Shown here one piece after another: positions 9,394 to 17,761 of a stretch of DNA of 64,000 bases. The stretch comes from Caldilineales bacterium (GTDB lineage: Bacteria; Chloroflexota; Anaerolineae; J102): NCBI GenBank assembly GCA_024102915.1, contig JAGFJG010000016.1:22263-86262 (forward strand), read 5' to 3'. The number at the start of each line of letters is the position of its first letter. Position 1 is the first letter of the stretch. Under the pieces are notes generated by a model. That model did not search any database. It saw only the letters and a list, made by a program, of their open reading frames with translations, and was not told the DNA's origin. Made by a program: the position numbers and the translations under genes.

Positions 9394-10611
9394 ATGTCAA
9401 TGTATCATAGCCGCATCACCGGTTGGGGCTCTTACTCGCCCGCACGCATTCTGACCAACGCCGAACTGGAAGGAATGGTGGACACCAGCGACGAGTGGAT
9501 CGTTTCACGCACAGGCATTCGGGAAAGACATCTGGCCGCCGCGGACGAGACGACCGCCGACATGGCCGTCGTCGCCTGTGAAAAGGCGTTGGCGCGGGCG
9601 GAGATCGACGCCTCCGAGATCGACCTCATCATCCTGGCCACATCCACGCCCGACCATTTGTGCCCGCCCTCGTCTAGCATCATCCAACATCGTTTGGGCG
9701 CAACCAGAGCCGGGGCGATGTCGGTCGTCACGGGTTGCACGGGATTCGTCTATGGGTTGGTGACGGCGACGCAGTTCATTCAGACTGGCGCTTATAAGAA
9801 TATTCTGGTCGTGGGTTCCGAGAAATTGAGCTACGCCATCGATTGGGAAGACCGCAACACTTGCGTGCTGTTCGGTGATGGCGCCGGCGCGGTAGTCGTC
9901 AGCCAGAGCGAACAGCCGGGCGGCATGTTGAGCATGCTCCTGGGCTCGGACGGCTCGGATTGGGACGCTCTCATCGTCCCCGGCATCGGCAGCGCCTCGG
10001 AACTGACCAACGAAGCGCTGGCACGCAAGGAACACAAATTGCGCATGGACGGCCAGCGCGTCTTCAAATTCGCCGCGCGCACCATGATCGATTCGGTCAC
10101 GCAGGTCGTGGTGGACGCCGGTATGACGCTGAACGACATCCAACTGGTGATCCCGCATCAGGCCAATCAACGCATCATCGATCTGGCGGCGAAACGGCTG
10201 GGCATCGATCAGGACAAGATCGTGTCGAACATCGCCCGCTATGGCAACACCTCGGCGGCGTCCATCCCCCTGGCTTTGTGCGAGGCCCTGGATGACGGGC
10301 GACTTAAGCCGGGCGACCGCGCCGTTTTCGTCGCCTTTGGCGCAGGGCTGACCAACGCCGCCTGCGTTTGGGAATTCCAGCCGGAGCATGTGGAAGAACA
10401 GCCGATCCTGGTCACCAACTGGCCCGTCTCCGAAGCTTTTCGGGAACGCGCATTGCAGATGAAGGCGGCAGCCTGGCGAGCCCAGGTGCAGGCCAGAACG
10501 ATGGCCTCGGATGCGGCCATGTCGGTGATGCTGCCGCTGTACACATTCCGCAAGGGCGTAAAGAAACGCCTGCAGGAACTCGACCTGACGCAGCCGAACG
10601 ACGAGTCATGA
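9394..10611 (+). CDS. fabH: Beta-ketoacyl-ACP synthase III with a ~77-aa C-terminal extension
   Basis: FabH catalytic triad contexts GCTGFVYGL (Cys), IPHQANQRI (His) and YGNTSAASIP (Asn). The conserved core ends near ...AACVWEF, and an unrelated tail follows. Confidence 0.85.
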   Translation: MSMYHSRITGWGSYSPARILTNAELEGMVDTSDEWIVSRTGIRERHLAAADETTADMAVVACEKALARAEIDASEIDLIILATSTPDHLCPPSSSIIQHRLGATRAGAMSVVTGCTGFVYGLVTATQFIQTGAYKNILVVGSEKLSYAIDWEDRNTCVLFGDGAGAVVVSQSEQPGGMLSMLLGSDGSDWDALIVPGIGSASELTNEALARKEHKLRMDGQRVFKFAARTMIDSVTQVVVDAGMTLNDIQLVIPHQANQRIIDLAAKRLGIDQDKIVSNIARYGNTSAASIPLALCEALDDGRLKPGDRAVFVAFGAGLTNAACVWEFQPEHVEEQPILVTNWPVSEAFRERALQMKAAAWRAQVQARTMASDAAMSVMLPLYTFRKGVKKRLQELDLTQPNDES

Positions 10612-10618
10612 TTTCAAC

Positions 10619-10662
10619 GCCCGGATGATGCAAGAACCGCCATCCGGGCGATTTGTTTTTTT
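10619..10662 (+). terminator. Rho-independent terminator after fabH
   Basis: Stem GCCCGGATG / CATCCGGGC with a 13-nt loop, followed by GATTTGTTTTTTT. Confidence 0.65.
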
Positions 10663-10829
10663 AAGCTGACGTCAATTTGAGACCGTTACTTTTGATCGAC
10701 TGTTGACGATAGACCATTGACGATGGACAATGGCGGTTGCACTGACAAAACAAGTCCAATCGTCTATCGTCTGTCGTCCATCGTCGAGCCAAAAAACTAC
10801 TGTTTTTGTTGTGACTTCAGTTTAGGTTT
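10659..10829. repeat. MITE-like ~170-bp palindromic repeat element, copy A
   Basis: About 88% identical over ~157 aligned nt to the reverse complement of 46301-46470. The ends resemble each other in inverted orientation (AACCTAAACTGA(A/C)GTC). The interior is made of heptamer arrays: NNNNGAC x5 at 10694-10728 and CGTCNNN x4 at 10761-10788. Confidence 0.75.
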
Positions 10830-10864
10830 CGATAGCCTTGCGGTGGAGTGATGGGACGGCTCGT

Positions 10865-12388
10865 ATGAGATTGGCGTTGCAGGTTCCTGAGCAGGCGCTT
10901 GACGAAATCGTGGCCGGAGCCTTGCGCATCCTGGCCGAGGTCGGCGTCGAAGTGGGCAGCGAGGCCCTGCGCAACGAATTGATGGCGCGAGGTTTGCGCC
11001 CGGACAGAACCAGCGGACGAATCCTGTTCCCGCCCGACCTCGTGCATTCGGCCATTTCCTCCACCCCCAACAGCTTCAACCTTTTCGATTCCGAAGGCCG
11101 ACCGCATGCCGAGATCGGCGGCGACCGCACCCATTTCACGCCCGGCTCCAGCGCTCTCCACATCCTCGACCATCGCACAGGCGTCACCCGCCCGGCCACA
11201 ACCGTAGACTTCGTCGAATTCGTGCGGCTTGCCGACGGGCTGCCCCATCTCAGCTATCTGGCCACCGCCTTCTCCACCAACGACGTGCCGGTCGAGATCG
11301 CCGATGCCTGGCGGCTGTTCCTCTGCCTGACAAACTCGCACAAGCCGGTTGTGAGCGGAGCCTTCACCGCCCGCGGCATCCAGCGCATGGCCGAGATGAT
11401 GGCGCTGTTTCGCAACGATAAACTCGACCTCGCCGCCCGTCCCCTGGCGATCATGACGATCACAGCCACAGGCCATTTCCGCTACGGCGAGGATTCCTGC
11501 CAAAACCTGCTCGATTGCCTGGATTGGGGCATTCCCATCGAGATCGTGCCCGTCACGCTCATGGGGTTGATTGCGCCTGTGACGCCGGTCGCGGCGGCGG
11601 CTTTTCACGTGGCCGATGTGTTGGCCGGTGTGACTATGGCCCAAACGCTGCGCCCCGGCCATCCTCTGCTTTTCGGCGGCGCCCCGGCAGCCTTTCACAT
11701 GCGCACGACCGCCTCGCCCATGGCCGCCATCGAAGCCATGCAATTGACGACGCTCTATGTGGCCGCGGCGAAACGGCTGGGTTTTCCCACGCAGGCGTAT
11801 CTGGCCCTGGGCGACGGCAAGGGGATCGACGCCCAGGCCGGGGCTGAGACTTTCGCCGGGGCGTTGTTGGCGACGCTGACCGGGGTCAATTCCGTGTCCG
11901 GGCCGGGGATGCTGGACTATGTGTTGGTTTTCAGCCTCGCCAAGCTGGCTCTGGACGACGAGCTTTGCGGTCAGGCATTGCACTTCGCCCGGGAATGGCA
12001 GGCTGATGGCGCAGACTCGGCGGTCGAGTTGGCGAAAGTCATTTTGTCGGGTGGGCATCTGCTCACGCACTCACACACCCGCTCGCACTGGCCCGAAGCC
12101 CTGTATCTGCCAGGCGATGTGATCGACCGCCTCAATCGAGACGCCTGGGAACGCGCCGGCGCGCCTGGCCTTATTGCACGCGCCGCAGCCGAAGTGAACA
12201 GGCGTCTGGCCGCCTATCAGCCTATTTCGCTTGATAATCGCCTGGAAACCGAACTACGCAAAATCCTGATTTCTGGATTGGCTCCTGCGCCCCACCTGCC
12301 GGAGACGCCCCAACCGCAGACGTTCATCCTCAATCCCCGCAGCGCAACGGCACGTCGCCAGCGACCACGCGTTCGCAACCAATCATAG
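10865..12388 (+). CDS. MttB-superfamily (trimethylamine methyltransferase-like) protein, non-pyrrolysine type
   Basis: Overall resemblance to MttB/MtgB-family TIM-barrel methyltransferases, judged from memory. About 500 aa with no in-frame TAG. Start placed at ATG 10865; the track begins at TTG 10838. Confidence 0.65.
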   Translation: MRLALQVPEQALDEIVAGALRILAEVGVEVGSEALRNELMARGLRPDRTSGRILFPPDLVHSAISSTPNSFNLFDSEGRPHAEIGGDRTHFTPGSSALHILDHRTGVTRPATTVDFVEFVRLADGLPHLSYLATAFSTNDVPVEIADAWRLFLCLTNSHKPVVSGAFTARGIQRMAEMMALFRNDKLDLAARPLAIMTITATGHFRYGEDSCQNLLDCLDWGIPIEIVPVTLMGLIAPVTPVAAAAFHVADVLAGVTMAQTLRPGHPLLFGGAPAAFHMRTTASPMAAIEAMQLTTLYVAAAKRLGFPTQAYLALGDGKGIDAQAGAETFAGALLATLTGVNSVSGPGMLDYVLVFSLAKLALDDELCGQALHFAREWQADGADSAVELAKVILSGGHLLTHSHTRSHWPEALYLPGDVIDRLNRDAWERAGAPGLIARAAAEVNRRLAAYQPISLDNRLETELRKILISGLAPAPHLPETPQPQTFILNPRSATARRQRPRVRNQS

Positions 12389-12458
12389 CCGCCTCCCAAA
12401 CGCGACACAGCCGCCTGGCGGCAGACGGCTGCGATTCATTTTGCGAATAAGCGCTGGT

Positions 12459-13157
12459 TCAGTCGCGGCGGCCAAAGAGTAAAAACGCGTAATAGAGCAC
12501 CTGCCCGATGGCGGCGATGGCGGCGGCCACATAAGTCAGGGCCGCGGCATCGAGGGTCTTGTTCACGCCGACCATTTCATCCTTGGTCAGGATGTTCATG
12601 GTAACCAGTTCTTTCTTGGCCCGGCGCGTGGCGTCGAACTCGACCGGCAGCGTGATCACGGTGAAAAGGGCGGTGATGCCAAACAGGATTAGGCCGACCA
12701 GAGCCAGGTTGAAGCCAATGCCGCTGAACGCCTGGAGTAAGAATCCGGCCATGAACAGGATCGGGCCGAGGAAAGAGCCGAACTGCACAGCCGGGACAAT
12801 GGCCGAACGCAGTTGCAACGGCTTGTAGCCTTTGGCATGTTGCAGGGCGTGGCCCGATTCGTGGGCGGCGATGCCGACAGCAGCAATCGAGGGCGTGCGG
12901 CTCACATCGGGGGACAGGCGCAATGTGCGGCTGCGCGGATCGTAATGGTCGCTGAGGAAGCCCTTGGTCTCCTCCACCTTCACATCGTAAAGCGCGTAAT
13001 GGTCGAGAATGGCACGGGCGGTCTGGGCTCCGGTCATGCCGCGCGAGTTGCCGACTTTGCTATACTTATTGAAGGCGCCCTTGACTCGCATCTGCGCCCA
13101 AATACCCAGAATGAGACCGGGCAGAGCCAGGATAATCCAGATAGGACTGATGAACAT
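12459..13157 (-). CDS. Membrane zinc metallopeptidase (YugP / Zn_peptidase_2 family)
   Basis: HExxH motif (AHESGHALQH) in a protein with an N-terminal and several C-terminal hydrophobic helices. 232 aa. Confidence 0.8.
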   Translation of the reverse strand: MFISPIWIILALPGLILGIWAQMRVKGAFNKYSKVGNSRGMTGAQTARAILDHYALYDVKVEETKGFLSDHYDPRSRTLRLSPDVSRTPSIAAVGIAAHESGHALQHAKGYKPLQLRSAIVPAVQFGSFLGPILFMAGFLLQAFSGIGFNLALVGLILFGITALFTVITLPVEFDATRRAKKELVTMNILTKDEMVGVNKTLDAAALTYVAAAIAAIGQVLYYAFLLFGRRD

Positions 13158-13394
13158 AGGTTGAAAATCCTCTTAGGGAGTGGTGCGAAGTAAGAGAAGT
13201 TTGGAGATTGATGATTACGACGAAACGATTGCAAATCCATCGTGCGATTGGCGACAGTGAACCATCATGACTCCATTTAAGCCGATGGACGTATGCAGTA
13301 CATAAGATTCAAGTGTGCGGAACATTAAGTCAGCCCCATCATACCGGATTCGCTGCTCGGAAGTTTGACGCCTGGCTGACATTTTGGCGTCAGT

Positions 13395-13895
13395 TCAGGC
13401 ATAGAATGCCTGCCAGATGAAAATCACGACCAGGATCACGCCGACGCTGAATTTCGTCACCATCGCCAGAAGATATCCGATCAACACGCCGCGGCTGGCG
13501 CGCCAGGCCGCCCGCCAATCTCCCTGTCGGTGATAGGTCTCCCAGGCAAGCATGCCCGCCGCCGCGCCGATCAACGCGCCGATTAAGTTGAATACCAGGA
13601 AGCCGATCAGGGCGGCAACGCCGGCAATGATCAGGCCACGCCACGAGGCCCCGCCCTGTCTCGCTCCCAGTGACGCCAGCGCCACATCAGCAAGCTCGAC
13701 TGCAATCACCAGTAGCCCCATCACAAGCAACGTAGGCCAGCCGATCTGCTCAAAGCCATCTGCCCAGGCCCAAAGTAGGGCGCTCAGCCAGATCAGAATC
13801 GTGCCCGGTATCAGCGGTAAAATTGTGCCCAACAGGCCCAAGCCCAGGCCGATGTAAGCGATGAATTGCAGGGCTGCGCTCAAGTCGGGATTCAT
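13395..13895 (-). CDS. DUF456-family membrane protein
   Basis: Small four-helix membrane protein (GTILPLIPGTILIWLSALLW...). It overlaps the upstream nnrE-like stop by 4 nt. Confidence 0.6.
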   Translation of the reverse strand: MNPDLSAALQFIAYIGLGLGLLGTILPLIPGTILIWLSALLWAWADGFEQIGWPTLLVMGLLVIAVELADVALASLGARQGGASWRGLIIAGVAALIGFLVFNLIGALIGAAAGMLAWETYHRQGDWRAAWRASRGVLIGYLLAMVTKFSVGVILVVIFIWQAFYA

Positions 13896-14653
13896 GACGG
13901 ATCGACCACGCGTTGCAAGTACAGGATGGAACTGTTGGCGAACAGGGGCGGCACATCGAATCCGATTGCCTGGTACAGTTGCGGCGGCACGCTGATGTCG
14001 GCCAGATAGAGGTCGCCGACCGCCGTTTGGGGAGCGGCGAGCAATCCTTGTTTGGGCAGGGCCAGGGTCATCGTCGCTGCGGGACGAATGACGGGATCAT
14101 AGGCCTGGCCGGTGGCGGCGTCGAGACCAGATGGTGTGTCCAACGAAAGGATGGGAGCGGGATGGCTGTTTGCCAGACGGATGAGATCGGCCATTTCGCC
14201 GCGCGGGTTTCCACGCAAACCATAGCCGATCAGAGCATCGAGCGCCAGATCGGCGGCAGGCAATTCCCACCCGTCGCCGGAAAGCGAGACCGAAACGCCC
14301 ATCGCCAACAGGGTTTGCAACTGCCGCGCCGGGACGCCCGCAAAAGTATCGAAGGGGTACGGCGTGATCACCTGGATGTCAGCTCCCCGGTTTGCCAGGT
14401 GCCGGGCGGCGACCAGACCCCCGCCGCCGTTCGCACCCCGGCCGCAGAGCGTCAGAACGGGCCGATCAGCGATTTCGCCGCCCAACATCGTCTGGGCCAG
14501 GTCGGCCAGATTCCGTCCGGCGTTCTCCATCATTTGCAACAGCGCGATGCCATATTCCGCTTCCATAAGCCGATCCACCTCGCGCATCTGTGCGGCGGAG
14601 AGCGAAGGCAGGGCGGATATCGAGAGGAAGGGATAGGGCGATGGTGGGGTCAT
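13892..14653 (-). CDS. nnrE: NAD(P)H-hydrate epimerase (YjeF N-terminal domain)
   Basis: YjeF_N signature ...MENAGRNLADL...VLTLCGRGANGGGGLVAARHLANRG.... Start trimmed to ATG 14653 (MTPPSPYPFL...). Confidence 0.75.
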   Translation of the reverse strand: MTPPSPYPFLSISALPSLSAAQMREVDRLMEAEYGIALLQMMENAGRNLADLAQTMLGGEIADRPVLTLCGRGANGGGGLVAARHLANRGADIQVITPYPFDTFAGVPARQLQTLLAMGVSVSLSGDGWELPAADLALDALIGYGLRGNPRGEMADLIRLANSHPAPILSLDTPSGLDAATGQAYDPVIRPAATMTLALPKQGLLAAPQTAVGDLYLADISVPPQLYQAIGFDVPPLFANSSILYLQRVVDPS

Positions 14654-15116
14654 GGCGAAAATGGGTAGGGAACTGGGCTGGGCGCATCTGCCATCTATCA
14701 TACACGCTTTTTTGCAGGCGCTGAAGAGTGGGGATGATGCGCGGGAGGACATCCGAGAGGGAGGCGCAAACATTGACTCTCGGCAGCGTCTTCATGCACA
14801 CCTCGCCGGAGATATGCACCGTAGTCCCGCGAGTCGCCGACGAACCGATTGAAGGTTTGGCGGCTGGCAGACTTCACGAAATTTCGTTTGGAATTTGCGA
14901 AGTTATTGTCTATTGATTGCGCTTTGCAGCCGTGATACGCTCTTTTTGCAGGGACATCAGGGTTTTCACTGCAAGTTCTTGGCGCAACCGCCACCCTGCC
15001 AATCCTGGCACTGCAAGATTGGCAGCCCTCATCGGCGTATCCACAGAGGTTCCGAAACAATTTGCAGCGCCGCCTGCCGTGAACGAATGGCGTTCAAGGT
15101 GCAACATGGAGGGAAA

Positions 15117-15383
15117 ATGAAAAGCGCACAAAAGCTGTTCCTGCTCTGCCTGATCGTGGTGGCGGCCTTATTGTGGGGAGTTGGCGTCGTCCAGGCCGCA
15201 GCGCCTCCGCCACCCACTCAACAACCGGATATCGATCCCTGCGACCGTATGTTCTTCACCGCCGGATACATCCTCGTCCCCGCCGCTGCACAACCAGTCC
15301 AGGCTGACCATGCCGCCGACATCGATCCTTGCGACCGCAAATTCTTCACCGCCGGATACCTTTCAAACGAGACTTTGCAGTAA
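15117..15383 (+). CDS. Small secreted protein (88 aa) with a tandem 30-aa repeat containing DIDPCDRxFFTAGY
   Basis: ATG 15117 is preceded by GGAGGG. A signal-peptide-like N-terminus (MKSAQKLFLLCLIVVAALLWGVGVVQAAA) is followed by two copies of DIDPCDR(M/K)FFTAGY. At the DNA level these lie at 15228-15269 and 15318-15359. Confidence 0.6.
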   Translation: MKSAQKLFLLCLIVVAALLWGVGVVQAAAPPPPTQQPDIDPCDRMFFTAGYILVPAAAQPVQADHAADIDPCDRKFFTAGYLSNETLQ

Positions 15384-15531
15384 TCAGAAACAGTCGATGA
15401 TCTAAACGCCTCCCGAACAATATCTGACATCGATCCCTTCGTCGGACGCGGGCAAGTATGGCAGGCGTCGGGCTATGCAAGTATAATGACGGACATCTTT
15501 GCATGGCTACATCGCAGCCAAACGAGTCCGT

Positions 15532-16443
15532 ATGCAGTACACCCGCGCCCGCACCACAAACAAACTTGATCCGCAACGATTGGCCCTGGTCACCCTCACG
15601 ATCGGCATCGGGGCCATTGCATTTTCTCCTATCTTCGTCCGCCTGAGCGATGTCGGCGCCAATGCCGTGGCCTTTTGGCGACTGACCCTGGCCATCCCGC
15701 TGCTGTGGCTATGGTCTTGGAACAGTGAGACGCCCAAACGAATCCACCGAACCAGGCCGCACAGTCTGGTCGATTTCGCGCCACTGGTCGCCATGGGCGT
15801 CGTCTTCGCTCTTGACCTGATCGCCTGGCATCAGGCTATCCGCCTCACCTCTGTGGCCAACGCCACCTTTTTCCCCAACATGGCCCCGCTGCTGGTCAGC
15901 ATCGTCGCCTGGCGTTTCATGGGCGAGAAATTGCGGCCTATCTTCGTCATGGGGTTGTTGATGGCGATTCTCGGCATCGCCTTTATGGTCAGGGCCAGCG
16001 CCGCCGGCGGGGAGAGCAATATCATCGGTGACGCGCTTGGTTTGCTCACCGCCTTTTTCTACGCCAGTTATATCTTGTTGGTGAAGAAAATGCGCGCCCA
16101 TTTCGATGCCGGGACGATTCTGCTGGTCGTTGCGATTACAGGCGGCTCGTTGCTCTTCGTCGTCACGCAACTGACCGGTGAGCAGCTTTTCCCGGCCGCT
16201 CTGGCCGGATGGGCGGTGCTGCTGGCATTGGCATGGTTCTCGCACGCTGGCGGCCAGGGCCTGATCGCTCATTCCCTGGCGCATCTGCCCGCATCTTTCT
16301 CCTCGGTCAGCCTCCTCGGTCAGCCGGTGTTGGCCGCGGTCATCGCCTGGCTGCTTTTGGGCGAGGTGCTGCCGCCGTTGCAGGTAGCGGGCGGGGTTTT
16401 GGTTTTGGTGGGGATCATCCTGGCGCGCAAGGGGAGCGTTTGA
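15532..16443 (+). CDS. EamA/DMT-family transporter
   Basis: About 10 hydrophobic helices in two EamA-like halves. ATG 15532 is preferred over the TTG at 15499 because a TATAAT box sits at 15482-15487. Confidence 0.75.
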   Translation: MQYTRARTTNKLDPQRLALVTLTIGIGAIAFSPIFVRLSDVGANAVAFWRLTLAIPLLWLWSWNSETPKRIHRTRPHSLVDFAPLVAMGVVFALDLIAWHQAIRLTSVANATFFPNMAPLLVSIVAWRFMGEKLRPIFVMGLLMAILGIAFMVRASAAGGESNIIGDALGLLTAFFYASYILLVKKMRAHFDAGTILLVVAITGGSLLFVVTQLTGEQLFPAALAGWAVLLALAWFSHAGGQGLIAHSLAHLPASFSSVSLLGQPVLAAVIAWLLLGEVLPPLQVAGGVLVLVGIILARKGSV

Positions 16444-17681
16444 TGGCGGAATTCTTCAAGGTGCTCACCCCGAACGACGCCTGGCGGAAATTCAGCGAAC
16501 ATTACAATCCCACGCCCATTCCCGAAGCGGTGGCGGTGGTCGATGCCCTCGACCGCTTTCTGGCCGTCGCCCCCGTCGCCCCCCACGACCTGCCTGAATT
16601 TCCCCGCTCGACCGTCGATGGTTATGCCGTGCGCGCCGCCGACACCTTTGGCGCTTCGGGCAGCCTGCCCGCTTTTCTGGATGTGGTCGGCGAAGTGGCG
16701 ATGGGCCGGGCGGCGGATGTGGCTCTCACCCCTGGTCAGACCGCCATCGTTCACACCGGCGGCATGATCCCGCCCGGAGCCGATGCCGTGGTCATGGTCG
16801 AAAACACCCAGCGTGCGGATGAAATCAGCATCGAGGTATTGAAAGCGGCGGCGGTGGGCGAGAATGTGATCCAGGTGGGTGAAGATGTGCGCGCGGGCGA
16901 GCAAATCCTCCCTATCGGGCATCGCCTGCGCCCACAGGATGTCGGCGGCTTGCTGGCTGTGGGCATCGTCACGGTCGAGGCGGCGCGGCGCCCGCGCATA
17001 GCCATTATTTCCACCGGCGACGAAGTGATCCCGCCCGACCAGCGCCCTGGCCCCGGCCAGATTCGCGACATCAACAGCTATACCCTCTCGTTGCTGGCCC
17101 AACGCGCCGGGGCCGACCCCGTGCCATTCGGCATCATCCCAGACCGCCGCGCCGCCCTGGAAGGGGCCTGCAAACGCGCGGTCGAAACCTGTGACATCGT
17201 CGTGCTCAGCGCTGGTTCATCGGTCAGCTATCGCGACATGAGTTTCGACGTGATCTCGGAGCTCGGCCAGCCCGGCGTGCTCGCCCACGGCATCTCGATC
17301 CGGCCCGGCAAGCCCACGATCATCGGCGTCGCCCAGGGCAAAGCCATCTTCGGCCTGCCCGGCAATCCCGTCAGCGCCATGGTGCTTTTCGATCTGCTTG
17401 TCGCCCCGGCCATCCGTCTGCACCTCGGCGCGGAGCCAATGGGCGCGTTCAAGCCGCAAGTGCAGGCGCGTCTTTCTCGCCAGATCCCCAGCGCCGCCGG
17501 CCGCGAGGATCATATCCAGGTGCGGCTGGAAACCCGCACGGGCGAGCTTTGGGCTGTGCCCATCTTCGGCAAATCCAACCTGATCTACACCCTCGTGCGC
17601 GCCGACGGCGTCGTCCGCATCCCGCTCGATAGCCTCGGCATCGAGCAAGGCGCGTGGGTGACGGTGACGCTGCACCAGTAG
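16443..17681 (+). CDS. moeA: Molybdopterin molybdenumtransferase MoeA
   Basis: Start at ATG 16443 (MAEFFKVLTPNDAW...) overlaps the EamA stop (ATGA). It has MoeA N-terminal, MPT-binding (IVVLSAGSSVSYRD) and C-terminal domains. The 5' part of the 490-aa track ORF is read-through of the upstream gene. Confidence 0.85.
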   Translation: MAEFFKVLTPNDAWRKFSEHYNPTPIPEAVAVVDALDRFLAVAPVAPHDLPEFPRSTVDGYAVRAADTFGASGSLPAFLDVVGEVAMGRAADVALTPGQTAIVHTGGMIPPGADAVVMVENTQRADEISIEVLKAAAVGENVIQVGEDVRAGEQILPIGHRLRPQDVGGLLAVGIVTVEAARRPRIAIISTGDEVIPPDQRPGPGQIRDINSYTLSLLAQRAGADPVPFGIIPDRRAALEGACKRAVETCDIVVLSAGSSVSYRDMSFDVISELGQPGVLAHGISIRPGKPTIIGVAQGKAIFGLPGNPVSAMVLFDLLVAPAIRLHLGAEPMGAFKPQVQARLSRQIPSAAGREDHIQVRLETRTGELWAVPIFGKSNLIYTLVRADGVVRIPLDSLGIEQGAWVTVTLHQ

Positions 17682-17761
17682 TGAGTAAGCAGTATTCAGT
17701 GAGCAGTGAAAATCTGAATACTGAATACTGATCACTGATTACTCCATCACTGACCACTGAG
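17682..17761. repeat. Heptanucleotide tandem-repeat hairpin (CAGTnnn / nnnACTG type) filling the moeA-moeA spacer
   Basis: Read in register: GCAGTAT TCAGTGA GCAGTGA ... AATACTG AATACTG ATCACTG ATTACTC CATCACTG ACCACTG. CAGTATTCAG pairs with CTGAATACTG. Confidence 0.7.

Noticed and set aside
10865-12388. In-frame amber (pyrrolysine) codon in the MttB-like gene
   Set aside because: The ORF is uninterrupted from start to TAG stop, and no pyl genes are in the window. It is treated as a non-Pyl family member.
14895-15116. N-terminal 74 aa of the 162-aa track ORF upstream of the small repeat protein
   Set aside because: This part has no signal peptide or RBS. The internal ATG 15117 has a GGAGGG RBS and starts a canonical signal peptide, so the ORF was trimmed.
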